A stretch of DNA of 63,664 bases, the filler included, from Octopus bimaculoides (lineage: Eukaryota): NCBI RefSeq assembly GCF_001194135.2. It is 8 parts of 8 records of this genome, joined end to end, with 100 filler letters (N's around TTAATTAATTAA, not from the genome) between each part and the next. Parts side by side here need not be neighbours in the genome. Positions count along the whole stretch, not along the records: positions 27,625 to 44,401 come from NC_068982.1; 7 more parts are not named here. One strand, written 5' to 3'. Below are positions 29,859 to 41,740 of the stretch, piece by piece; positions within the stretch are counted from its first letter, which is position 1; each line of letters begins with the position of its first letter. The notes beneath the pieces are model-generated. The model made no database searches, was not told the DNA's origin, and saw only the letters and a program-made list of their open reading frames with translations. The position numbers were made by a program, and so were the translations under genes.

Positions 29859-30187
29859 CTATAAATAAGAAGGAAACGAAATTCTTGCCTTTATTTACAG
29901 TCAACAAACTCAGATGTTTAAGGATGAAAAGTCAACAACAAGAATAACAAAAGGAGGACAAAATAGAACTAACGATGTTGTATAACATATATAATATACA
30001 TACAAACATAGAACGGTGCTAGCAGCAATAGAAATTAATGACAAACATACAAACAAGTAATGAATATCGCAAAAAATAATCATTAGCGACGGAAGCAGTA
30101 TTAATACTCAAAGCAATCTCTATATCTAACTTCATGTGGGTGTATTGCTAGAATGTTGAATACTGCGGCATTTACCTCGAGAGGTCC

Positions 30188-30222
30188 TCATCAGCACCAC
30201 CAGCACCAGCACCACCACCAGC

Positions 30223-30253
<31 letters not shown>

Positions 30254-30410
30254 CAGGTACCAGCACCAGCACCAGCACCACCAGCACCAGCACCAGCACC
30301 AGCACCAGCANNNNNNNNNNCACCACCACCACCACCACCACCACAGGTACCAGCACCAGCACCAGCACCACCAGCACCAGCACCAGCACCAGCACCAGCA
30401 CCACCACCAC
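30188..30410. repeat. (CACCAG)n/(CAC)n simple repeat, duplicated around a 10-N gap
   Basis: Read directly; lies in the thrombospondin intron between exons at 29858 and 31073. Confidence 0.9.
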
Positions 30411-31072
30411 ACTATCGAAGTAAAACTACTCCCACCTGAATCACAACAATCGTCTCCTACCGCCTCCTTTAGCAACATCAATAAACAATTGACTAAAGAG
30501 AGAACCTCTACATAGTTTTTTGAAGAAACTTACCGTCACACAGGAGACCTGCTCTGAATGTTTTGCTACAGAGTGAACTACGTTAAATGCTCCCAAGGGC
30601 CATGTGCTAGTGTTAAACCGAGCCAAAATAAGTCGAAAAGAGCTGGAACAGACACCGTAAATCAGCTCGTCCAGTGATTAAAGTATTCCGCTAATCCACA
30701 TCCCTAGACTGGTACTTCGTTTTATCGATTCTTAACAGATGAAGAGCAAAAATTGACTCTGTCAAGTTTTGGACTAAAAGCGAAGAGAATCAGAACCCAT
30801 ATTGCAAGGTATTTGTTCTACGATCTAATGACACTGCCAATGCGACGCCTTGTATACTTTTAATTATTGGTCTGCTCAGTCAGACTTGACCTGGGGGCCA
30901 AACAGCAACAATAACCACAACTGTTAGTCTATCTTCGTAGTAACAATGACAATAGCAAGTATACTTCCACCATCCCGTTACTGTCTTCCTCGTCACTGCA
31001 GACATTATTTACAACAGTCCAGTTCGTATCATCACAAGATTATCGTTAAAGAAGGAAACGTAGAACTCTTAC

Positions 31073-31121
31073 CAATAGCGATTCCTGGATCACTGTTTAT
31101 TGTCTGAATAATTTCAGCACC
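31073..31121 (-). CDS. THBS: Thrombospondin exon: GAEIIQTINSDPGIAI(G)
   Basis: CAG acceptor, GTAAGA donor; 49 nt, phase 0/1; matches the G.EIVQT.NSDPG motif. Confidence 0.94.
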
Positions 31122-31552
31122 CTGACGAAAAGATAAACCATACAATATAATACAAATACATAAAAGTTGCGTACAATGATATTTTATTGAGGTGTGTTAT
31201 TTTAAATTTATAAACAAGGCGAGGGATTACGGCACAATGTGTCATTCAAGCATTACCTAAAGGCGTTAAACAACACATTCTACCAATGACACTTTCATAA
31301 TAGATTACATATTATATAATACAACGCATGATATGTTATGCAATTTTACATATTCTTTATAGCATGATATACAATAAATATTGTATAATATTGTATATAT
31401 AACATGACGCGCTGCACCGAATCTTATAATTCGTGGAAAGAGACTCTGCGAGACCTTTGACAAAAGGATGCTCTCCACTCTCACAGAATTAACCAAAGCA
31501 AGTAGGATCGAGAGTTCTGAGAAGTAAAATATAAAATGAAATAATAATAATA

Positions 31553-31591
<39 letters not shown>

Positions 31592-31612
31592 TGAACATAA
31601 ATTGATACTTGC

Positions 31613-31791
31613 TTCATTCATGATATACCAATTTGGATCAATTTGGGAAACTCCAACAGGATCTAGGACCACAGTTTGATAGTTTCGGAAGTCTGTTGAA
31701 TATACCCGTCCGTCATAAGGGCAGACATCAACAATATCAATACTCTTATCTCCATCTTTGTCACTCTCACAAATGTCCCCAACATTATTAC
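31613..31791 (-). CDS. THBS: Thrombospondin exon, last type 3 repeat into the C-terminal domain: (G)[59 protein letters not shown]
   Basis: CAG acceptor; 179 nt, phase 1/0; [19 protein letters not shown] signature; donor is GCAAGT (GC-AG intron). Confidence 0.93.
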
Positions 31792-31855
31792 CTGGAATTA
31801 TATTTATATAGACACAATCAAGAAAACAGCGTAAAAATATTTGAAACTACACACA

Positions 31856-31914
<59 letters not shown>

Positions 31915-32518
31915 TTATTCAAAGATGGTTCATTTGAGCAACCGTATAAAAAGATACAACCGACAAATCTGGAGTAGAGCCGTGGAGACTCATCAGTTTT
32001 TAACGAATAAATATACTCTATTACATGTTTTGAATGCAGTTACTGTTTTGCGTTTGTACATACAAATACATACATCTTTTGTACATCCAAGTACATACAC
32101 TGCTTCTAAAGTGTTCGATTCTAATAGAAAGATTAGCTCTGAGTAGAGTACACTCATCGTTAAAACAAAGCATTCAGTAAAGATTTAATGATCAGCTGCT
32201 GTATAGAACGACTATTCAAGAGGTTGCAGGAAGCAACGAAAATTTTAGAAAAAATAAATTAGTAAATGAGTGGAAATTGAACGGTAAGTGTGTTAATCAA
32301 TAAGGCATTAAACTAGAATAACTCTCCCCAGACACAATAAAATCTAATAAAATGTTGTACATGAAATAGTCATGTATTTGAAACAAACATTTTTTTCATT
32401 ATCTATGAGGTGACAGAATAATCGAAGAGCATAGAAAAACATTAAACAGTAGAGACGACAGAAGGACAATTAAGAAATAGTCTTTGAAATAGTTGCGATA
32501 CATAAAAAAATCGTATAC

Positions 32519-32614
32519 CGTTAAGATCTTCCTGGTCTGGATTCACCCTCAAATCACAGTTATCGAAAACATCTGGGATTCCATCATTGTCATCATCTTC
32601 GTCACAAGCATCGC
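32519..32614 (-). CDS. THBS: Thrombospondin exon: (G)[31 protein letters not shown](G)
   Basis: TAG acceptor, GTATAC donor; 96 nt, phase 1/1. Confidence 0.94.
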
Positions 32615-32951
32615 CTAAATTTAAAATAAACAAACACATAATAAGCCTTCGTTGATATAAGTTACATATATTAATTTATTGTATTTTCTTAGTAAAACCA
32701 TAATTTACGGCTTTTTAGATGATTAATCATCGAGAAGGTTTATTTATGTTTTGGGTTTAAATTTACAATACAATTACAAAATTAGATTTTAATCATAAAA
32801 AAAGGACTGGTACGGTTTGACAAAATCAATAGAGCAGTGTATAAACTATTATGTAGCATTTAGTTACATCAGTTAACATTTTGAGTTCAAATCCAGTCAG
32901 TGTCGACTTTGCATTATATCTTTCCGAGGCCAATAAAATTAGAGCTAATAA

Positions 32952-33093
32952 GTACATTATTTACAATTGGCGGATATTTGTCCTCATCTTGTTTGCTGTT
33001 AACACAACGTTTCGGCTGATATACCCTCCGGCCTTCGTCAGGTGTCTTGGGGAAATTTCGAACCTGGGTTCTCATTCCTAAGGTATTTTTCGA

Positions 33094-33152
<59 letters not shown>

Positions 33153-33233
33153 TCACTGCCTGGAATCGAACTCGGAATCTTGGGGTTAGCAGCCTGCGCT
33201 CTTAACCACTACTCCATATGCCCGTGGGCATAT
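32952..33233 (-). mobile_element. Monomer of the same tRNA-headed, hammerhead-tailed element
   Basis: Minus strand: A box TGGAGTAGTGG, B box AGTTCGATTCC, (AAT)n, body ATACCTTAGGAATGAGAAC…GGTTCGAAATT, then the hammerhead motif and tail AACAAGATGAGGACAAATAT shared with the 43 kb arms. Confidence 0.85.
33001..33046 (-). ncRNA. Minimal hammerhead-like motif (GUU site)
   Basis: GACAC-CTGACGA-A-GGC…GCC-GAAA-CG-TT-GTGTT; helix I 5 bp including one GU; helix II weakened. Confidence 0.55.
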
Positions 33234-34723
33234 ATGTACTAAAAGGCGGCGGGCTGGTAGAAGCGTTAGCACGCCAGGCAGAATGCTTAGCGGTATTTTC
33301 TTTTGTCTCAACATTATGGTTTCAGATTCCACTGAGGTTGACTTTGCCTTTCATCCTCCCGGGGTGATAAAATAAGTAGCGGTTAAGCACTGTTTTTGAA
33401 TGGCTAACGTGTACCTTCTTCCCTTATATTTTGTTATTTCTCAACCATTCACATACTTGAATTAAATAAGAAGTGTATTTATGTGCTGTGTGTGTATCTA
33501 TACTGATGCGCGTACATTTGGTTTATTAGTTGATATACAAATCTTTTTTGCACTATATTCTTTGAGTTAGTGTATTATTTCATTGTTCTACTTTAAACTT
33601 TAACATCATTTTGATCCTTCCTTCTCTCTTTGCTTCCTTTCCCGCCAATTGTTTCTCTTGCTTCCATTTTCTCCTTTTCCTTTCCTCTCCTCTCCCTCCT
33701 ACCCACACTCTGTAAATTCATATTTTATTCTCCATATATTTTAATGAATATTTCAAACATTAAAGAGATACAAACTGCATTTAAACATTTCGTGTTGCGT
33801 CTCATTATATCACCACCTCAACAAGGAATTCATTCAAGACGTCTTGCTTGGTTCGAAATATTCCACTGTCGTTATCAACTTTATATGATGACTGTGTAGC
33901 CAAGAGCTTAACAAATTAATGAGATGACAGTGTAGCTAAGTAGATAATTAATTAATGAATTAATTATGTGCAAAACTCAGAGTTACAATGTATTTTCAAT
34001 AACTGACACTATCGCTTTATCTATTTTTCACACTTCGTACATATTGAGTGCTCTATAATTTTCTTGTATAATCAACCTTTATATATAATTCATTTAAAAT
34101 ACAGAGATGCCTATAATAGGACATCTAACCCGCTAGAAAGAGCAGCCAAAGACTCTATACCACAATTAGGGATAATTTCGAAAGCTGAATGAAAAATAAA
34201 AACATTTAACAATCTATTTTCCGTACCATGATTTCAAGCTATTTTAGCAAAATAAAATATTTTGCAAGGTCAGCTATCTTCAGCGGAACAACCTAGATTT
34301 AACATATAAACACGAGGCACTACATAGAAAACATGACTTGTGCTTATATGCTTAATTTTTCAAAATTTACCGCGCATGTGCGGTTTACCGTTTCGGCAGC
34401 AAATACAATTATAATGCCGATTTTCTTTCAGAAATTAGCCAAAAAACATTTTATCATTATTAATAAATCATAGGGTAGCAAAAAAATTTTAGAAATTTCT
34501 TTTGCTACCCTATGATTTATTAATANNNNNNNNNNACTTGTGCTTATATGCTTAATTTTTCAAAATTTACCGCGCATGTGCGGTTTACCGTTTCGGCAGC
34601 AAATACAATTATAATGCCGATTTTCTTTCAGAAATTAGCCAAAAAACATTTTATCATTATTAATAAATCATAGGGTAGCAAAAAAATTTTAGAAATTTCT
34701 TTTGCTACCCTATGATTTATTAA

Positions 34724-34758
<35 letters not shown>

Positions 34759-35174
34759 GCATGTGCGTGTGTGTGCGCATGTGTGTGTGTGTGTGTGTGA
34801 GTGTGTGTGAGAAAGTATGTACGTGCTTGTGAAGTCACTCTTTGAACGGCTGGTAGTATGCAACCCAGCATGGTCGAGCTGTCGGTGGCTACTCCGACAA
34901 CCCCTACCAAACCTGCTTTTTAAGGAGGGTGGCTTTCGTTGGACTCCTTGCAGGCGAAAAACAAAACGTGTCTTTGGATGAATGAACTCAGTCGAGTCAA
35001 CGGTCATCCAGCAGATGGGAATTAGAGACCCCCTTGTCTTTATTTAGGCATCTTTCTGGGTGTGATATGTAGTGTGTAGTGTGATGTGTGTATATATGCA
35101 TACGTAAATGTGTATGTGTGTGTATGTATACATGTATACATGCATGTGGATGTTGTGTGTGTGTATGTGCGCGC

Positions 35175-35214
<40 letters not shown>

Positions 35215-35327
35215 AAAGTAGATTTAAAGGTGCAGATAAAGGGAAACAAATACTAAAATATATTTGGAAACTGAAACTATACTGATTAAAAATCAATAAT
35301 AAATATTGGAAATGTATCAAAATTTAC

Positions 35328-35413
35328 CTATTTTATCATTATCTGTGTCCAGCTGATCGGAGTTTATAATACTTGGACAATTATCAGTGTTGTCTTGTAT
35401 TCCATCGTTATCT
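35328..35413 (-). CDS. THBS: Thrombospondin exon: (K)[28 protein letters not shown](G)
   Basis: CAG acceptor, GTAAAT donor; 86 nt, phase 2/1. Confidence 0.93.
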
Positions 35414-36800
35414 CTGAAAAAATACAAAATTCCTTATTACTTCATAATATTGTTTATCCGATACAATTTACTGTGAAACATTTATTCAAGTTGAACATCT
35501 CAACCGCTTTAAAAATCGCTAGTATTCTCAGAACGTTGGATTAAATGCTTCACAATACTCCGTTATCCTTTTGGTTTTGAGTTCAAATTTCACCGAAGTT
35601 AATTTCTATTTTTATCTTGAAAGGATCGATAAAACATGTATCAACGAAGTACTAGTTTAATCGAAATCTCATTTCCAACAAATTTAACATTTGGAATATA
35701 ATGCAAGACCAATATTAATATGCTCACGTTACGATGGACCGGTGTCCCGTCCAGTTAGTAATATAATGTATACGCTACAGAAACCGGAAAATGTTCACAT
35801 GAAATTTTTGGTTCTCCATAGTCATCTAGGCTGTAAATGTTTGGCTGAAAAATTCGACTTGTATGCCGGAAACCACAGTGCTTATTTTATTGAGTTAAGT
35901 GGAATGACGATTAAAATTAAATCAATTTAGAATTTAAATGCTGGATGTAGACGAACAAAACTAAATACTATAAGGTTCTTCTACCATTAGCATTTTGTCA
36001 AAGGCGGCGAACCATTTACCACAATATTTGCATAGCTCCTGCATAGTTGAGGGAAAGAGAGTAAAGGAAGAATAAACTATTTCAATTATGGGTTGCCGTT
36101 AGCCGCTATATCTAGAAAGAACAGTCATAATCATTACAAACACAAGCAATCACAACCATAAGCTACCTGCATCATTGCTCTGTAGGGTAATCAAAGGCAG
36201 AATTGAAAGAAAGTTAAACAAAATATCTTGCAGTGTTTAGTTACATTACTGTAAATCCCGAGTTCAAATCTAGCAGTTTTCAATTTCCTTTTGACCATTT
36301 CATCGTCAATAAATACAAAGCCAAGTACCGATTTAATCGATTCGTTGGTTAGTCCACATTATTTCGTAAGGAGCACGGCGCCGGTTTTCCGGTTTCTGTG
36401 GCGTATGTATTACTGCCTGGACGGGACGCGGGTCCGTCGTAAGGTTACTCATTTTTAGTAACTGACTGGACTGGAGCAACGTGAAATGAAGTGTTCTGCT
36501 CAAGAACACAACGCATCGCTCTGTTCAGGAATCGAAACTACAATCTTACGATTATAAAGTCCAACACCTGAACCATTAAGCCACGTGTCTCCACAACCGA
36601 TTCGTTGCCCCACAAAAAATGCACGGTGCTGCAACTATTCCAGAAATTATCATTCGGTGAAAGGTATTAAAATTACATTCAACAGCATAAGTAGACAAAG
36701 AAACTGTTTCTTACTTATAACATTCAACTGGTTATTTTTTATTATACTTTGTACACATTATACTGTACTAAACTATATTAGATTTATAAAAGTTTCTTAC

Positions 36801-36853
36801 TTGTCATCATTAGTGTCGCAAACATCTCCAGTTAAATCGTTATCACTGTCCAG
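36801..36853 (-). CDS. THBS: Thrombospondin small exon: LDSDNDLTGDVCDTNDD(K)
   Basis: TAG acceptor, GTAAGA donor; 53 nt, phase 0/2; phases fit both neighbours. Confidence 0.92.
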
Positions 36854-37146
36854 CTACAGAAATAAACACAAGGCAATATTTAGAATAGACTTTTGAAGCA
36901 TATTGTTTATATTCAGATATCATTTAGATATTTCTGCATGTTAATGTCTGTCAAAAAAGATCTTGGGTGATAAGAATACTTGCAACTGTCACCCATATAC
37001 TGGTTGGTGATCGGGTGGTATTAGTTTCTCTCGATAATATTAAACGCATTAAGGGAGAGAGAAACAGGCCTTCTCTAACAGAATGATCGACTAAGGGGAA
37101 CTATTCACAAGTAGAAATCAAAACAAGGTCACCAGTTCCTTACTTA

Positions 37147-38477
37147 CGGTGTGCATCTCAGAAGTTTTGAGACGCTTTCTTAGGAGCGATAGGTATAACT
37201 GTCCTAGATTATTGTAATTTTCGTATATCATTTCTATATATCTAATAAACTGACCAGCCAATTTTTTTTTTTAATCCCAGATTGAAGGAGACGGCTCTAA
37301 CAACTCTTTGAACACACCATACTAAACACCGACTGTTACTGTTGACTAATTTATACAATAGAATCGGGACGTGAAGACAATTTAGAAGCTCGCTATGAAA
37401 TAAAGTTTCGTGTTAAACTGGGGAAAAAACTGCATAAACCAATGAAATGCTCCAGACTGCTTATGGATTAACTTTTTCACTGGCACAAGAGGTTCAAGGA
37501 TTATAGTAAAGAAGTAAGAGACGAGGAGAGGTGGGGGAGGGAGAGGGATGTCAAAACATCAATTGAAAAAAAATTGTTGTTTTCTAGACGAAGATTGTCG
37601 TGTGTCTATAAAGACCAGAAGCATACAGTTTAGAGTTGGTGTCGAAAATGTACACAGAATTATTCATGAAGGATAGATAGTGGGTAGCGATTTTCTTCAC
37701 TACTCCAGGGAGTGACGACCCTGCCTGACACGAGTCCCGGGCTCAGCTGGCTCCGGCTGACAGTACCCAGTATGAGCTCCTATCCAGGGTTACAGAAAGG
37801 AGACAGCCTTCAAAGAAATTCGGAGTGGAGCCTCGTAGGCGGTTAAGTGTTCGACTCGACACTCTTCTGGCAGCTCCTGCAACCAAGCTGGTGCTAAAAG
37901 GAATGCTCTCCACTCCTTTGGACTACGTCAGCAAGGTCGAGAGAGGAATCCTGACGATTGGGCTACCCAGGGTTTTCTTACATCTAGCCCAGGCCTGCGC
38001 AAAACTGGAGAGGACATGAAATGTAAAAACCAGACTGGATTAGTTTATGCACAACTCCATTGTCTCTCGAGACAAAAGGATGCCAACAATATTCATGAAG
38101 GCCTGAATATATACAAAGTTTGTAGCCAGGATGCTCGTCACTGAGTAATTACTTGACAGAGATGAGCATCAAAACTGTTCCTCACCCTCCCTACAGTCCG
38201 GCCTTGCTCCCTATGACCTTTGATTGTTTCCCAGACTGAAGGAAAACCTTAGGGGTAGTTATCTTGAAACATTCAGAAAATAAATAAGGACGTCATAAGG
38301 GTTCTTGGACACTTTCTCTTTGGGAGACTTCCATGGGGCCTTCACGAAGTGGCTAGAGCGCTACAAGTGCATTGAAGTCAGAGGATCCTACTTTGAAGAA
38401 GATTAGAGTCTTATACTTCTTTGAAATTAATAAATGTATCTCCTGAAAAAGTTCGAAAACTTCTGGAAGGCATCTTG
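37147..38477 (+). mobile_element. Internally deleted mariner element with a nested insertion
   Basis: Imperfect TIRs (CGGTGTGCATCTCAGAAGTTTT / AAAACTTCTGGAAGGCATCTTG) with TA at the 5' end; N-terminal remnant (IKF.VKLGK, WHKRFK) and C-terminal VPHPPYSP.LAP.D..LFP.LK, W.ERY.KC….G.YFE. Confidence 0.8.
37673..38089 (+). mobile_element. 417-bp non-coding retroposon inserted in the mariner, with a 12-bp target-site duplication
   Basis: TATTCATGAAGG at 37661-37672 and 38090-38101; GC-richer insert ending …GGATGCCAACAA. Confidence 0.75.
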
Positions 38478-39003
38478 TGTTTTGTAACATTCATCAAAGC
38501 TACGTTTTGAAATGTTATTTTTATTCGGCAGAACCACTATATTTTAAGAGATTGTGAAACNNNNNNNNNNNNNNNNNNNNNNNNNNNNNNNNNNNNNNNN
38601 NNNNNNNNNNNNNNNNNNNNNNNNNNNNNNNNNNNNNNNNNNNNNNNNNNNNNNNNNNNNNNNNNNNNNNNNNNNNNNNNNNNNNNNNNNNNNNNNNNNN
38701 NNNNNNNNNNNNNNNNNNNNNNNNNNNNNNNNNNNNNNNNNNNNNNNNNNNNNNNNNNNNNNNNNNNNNNNNNNNNNNNNNNNNNNNNNNNNNNNNNNNN
38801 NNNNNNNNNNNNNNNNNNNNNNNNNNNNNNNNNNNNNNNNNNNNNNNNNNNNNNNNNNNNNNNNNNNNNNNNNNNNNNNNNNNNNNNNNNNNNNNNNNNN
38901 NNNNNNNNNNNNNNNNNNNNNNNNNNNNNNNNNNNNNNNNNNNNNNNNNNNNNNNNNNNNNNNNNNNNNNNNNNNNNNNNNNNNNNAACCAAAAAACAGA
39001 CAG

Positions 39004-39037
<34 letters not shown>

Positions 39038-39342
39038 ACACACAAACACACATACACACACATGTATGCATTACTCTTCGTTTCTTCCTCTCCTCATAGA
39101 GCACCAGGTGATGAGAGATCTCCACCCATCTTGGTCTCAAGCTCTGCCATGATGAGCCTGTTTCAAATGCAGGCTCAATATTTGCCAAGCCCGTTCTCTC
39201 TTCCAAACAAAAGAGGCTGTCACTGGTCTTTTAAGCGTTGAAGCTGCAAGTAGCCAAGCATTTTCATCACCTAAGTTTATACAGAAACAACCATGACATT
39301 CAATTGCCCAAAACGTAGATAATAAAAATAATTATAGCCAAC

Positions 39343-39461
39343 CTGATTAGCGTTGCGATCAAATGGACAATTGTCACAGACATCACCAATGCCATCACCG
39401 TCGCTATCACGCTGGTCAGAATTCTTAATGTATCGGCAGTTGTCGTTTTCATTGCGGATTC
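39343..39461 (-). CDS. THBS: Thrombospondin exon: (G)[39 protein letters not shown]
   Basis: AAG acceptor, GT donor; 119 nt, phase 1/0; not in the ORF track, found by reading the minus strand. Confidence 0.93.
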
Positions 39462-40573
39462 CTTAATAATAAAGAGAAAGCATTGGTTCGGTTAAAGAAT
39501 TACTGGATATGTTATTTAAACTTAATCAACGAAGAACACTAATCAAAGAGAAAAACTTGTAGGCAACTACGAGCACTTTTAATATGTAGCCACAAATTTG
39601 AAATAATATGTTGGAGTTATAAGATAGTAGTTGTTGTTGTTGTTGTTGTAGTAGTAGTAGTAGTAGTAGTATGGGGATATGCGCTGTAACAGCGCGTCGT
39701 TGCATCCACCGTTTGTTGGTGATTCCCTACTCGTGGCAGATGGCACGATTCAATTCCTAAGATCAAGGATGAAGAAAATTTGATAGAAACATTGACATTT
39801 ATGGGTATAACAATCATTTCAAACATAAATAGAAGGCCAGAAATTTAGCGAGAAGAGAATGGTTGATGACATCGACCCTGGTACTTGAGTGTTACTTTAT
39901 TTTATCGACCTCGGGGGGATAAAAAGAAGTTAGTTCCAATGTGATTTGAACTTAGAACATAAAGACCCAGGACAAATACCACATATTTTTTTGCCATACT
40001 TTAACAATTCTACAAATCTACTGCCCTTTGATAGGGGCATAAAAATAACTGCAGTTTTGTTTTTGTTTCTCAATAATCATCTCCGACTCGTTGACTGTAT
40101 TATGTTCATTGAGAAATTATTTATCTTTGGATTTAGTTAAACTTTGCCTTGTCACGAAGAAGATTCAAAGCAACTGGATAAGATTTTCTGCAAGCATGTT
40201 TGTTAGGTACCTTTTAATGCAGCAAATGTACAGTGAGCCAATAATGGAGAACCCTTGTATGGTTACTCGACATGCTAGAAATTGCAGCAAAATCTCTCGC
40301 TCATTACACCTGAAAACAGGAGGACATATTACATAATTTAATCGTAGGTACGCTATGCTTGAGAGAAGGATACAGTCTACGAAAGAAGGACAGGGTGGTC
40401 ATGGCTGAAAAGCTTTTGATGCAAGGCCATTTCACTGAGGGCTCATAGGATCTAATCAGCAACAACAGCAGCAACAACAACAACAATAATAACAACGTGT
40501 GTTATCCGTGTACCCGTGGAGTTTATGCTGTGTATGTTTGTGTGAGTATATGAACATAGAGTGTTTAACTTAC

Positions 40574-40739
40574 CATCATTATCGGCATCAGGATCACACA
40601 TGTCTCCTAAGCCATCATCATCTACATCAGATTGGTCGGTGTTTGGAACTGTCGGACAGTTATCACAGGCGTCTCCCTTGTTATCAGGAGTGTCTTCTGA
40701 ATCCAATTGGTCTGGGTTAGGTGTTAGTGGGCAATTATC
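40574..40739 (-). CDS. THBS: Thrombospondin exon: [55 protein letters not shown](G)
   Basis: TAG acceptor, GTAAGT donor; 166 nt, phase 0/1; Ca-binding type 3 repeats. Confidence 0.95.
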
Positions 40740-41569
40740 CTAGAATAAAAGGGGGGAAATAAAACAATTTTTTATTAATTAAAAATGAGACTTGTCTGTT
40801 TGAACAGAACAATTTAAGCAAACTTCAAAATTCAAACAGAATTGATGAGAAATAAACAGAGGACAAAAAAAAACAAACAAAAACTTGAGGGTCAATAAGG
40901 TTTGCGCAACCCTTCACTGATCCTCTCCACTTTATGGGCATCTTCTAGAGACAAGTCAGAGCAAGGCATCCGATGCCAATATGGGCCACAGGCTCAGGAA
41001 TGTGGAAGCGCCATGACCCCAAAATGTCTAACACCATTCCTTGAATATCCGGTTTTATATCAGAGTGACATTCTCGTAAAGATTTGCTTTATCAAAAGCA
41101 GAGGGGTGCTTCACTCCCGGTCATCTTTCAAAACGCCGAACACCACCCTGGAATTTCTAAGGGTCTGTGCTATTGCTAGATAATCATTCAACCAAATTAT
41201 GATTGTGTGTGCATATATGTACCTACCTACATACATACATACATACATACTCATACCCAGTTAGGAATATGCAATGCATATATATGATGATATAATGTAC
41301 GATGGTATTTTGAAAGCAATTCTTTATTAGTGAAAGTGGCATAAAATATACGATGTAAGACAACATGTCTGGAATTTCCCTCTTCAGAGATTTACACGCT
41401 ATAAGAGTGTATTTAACACTTTCAATTTCAGAATATGAGTCATTCAAATACAAATGGCACATGTGGTATTTTCAGAGATTCATGTTTTTGAAATAAAGAC
41501 TGAAAACATAGTAAATACAATGGAAAAAAATGCAAACTGAAGTTCTCAGAAAAATTATCAACTAATTGG

Positions 41570-41740
41570 TTAAGACGGTGAGCTGGTAGAATCGTGAGCA
41601 CACCGGGCAAAATGCTTAGCGGTATTTCGTCTGTCTTCATGTTCTGAGTTCAAATTCCGCCGACATCGACTTAGCCTTTCATCCTTTCGGGGTCGGTAAA
41701 TTAAGTACCATTTGAGTACTAGTGTTGATGTAATTGACAT
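41570..41740 (+). mobile_element. Family 1 SINE copy
   Basis: GCTGGTAGAATCG…GTTCTGAGTTCAAATTCCGCCG…AAGTACCA. Confidence 0.8.

Noticed and set aside
30132-30515. Poly-His/Gln, Trp-Cys and Val-Leu ORFs
   Set aside because: These are translations of a (CACCAG)n repeat inside a thrombospondin intron and span a gap.
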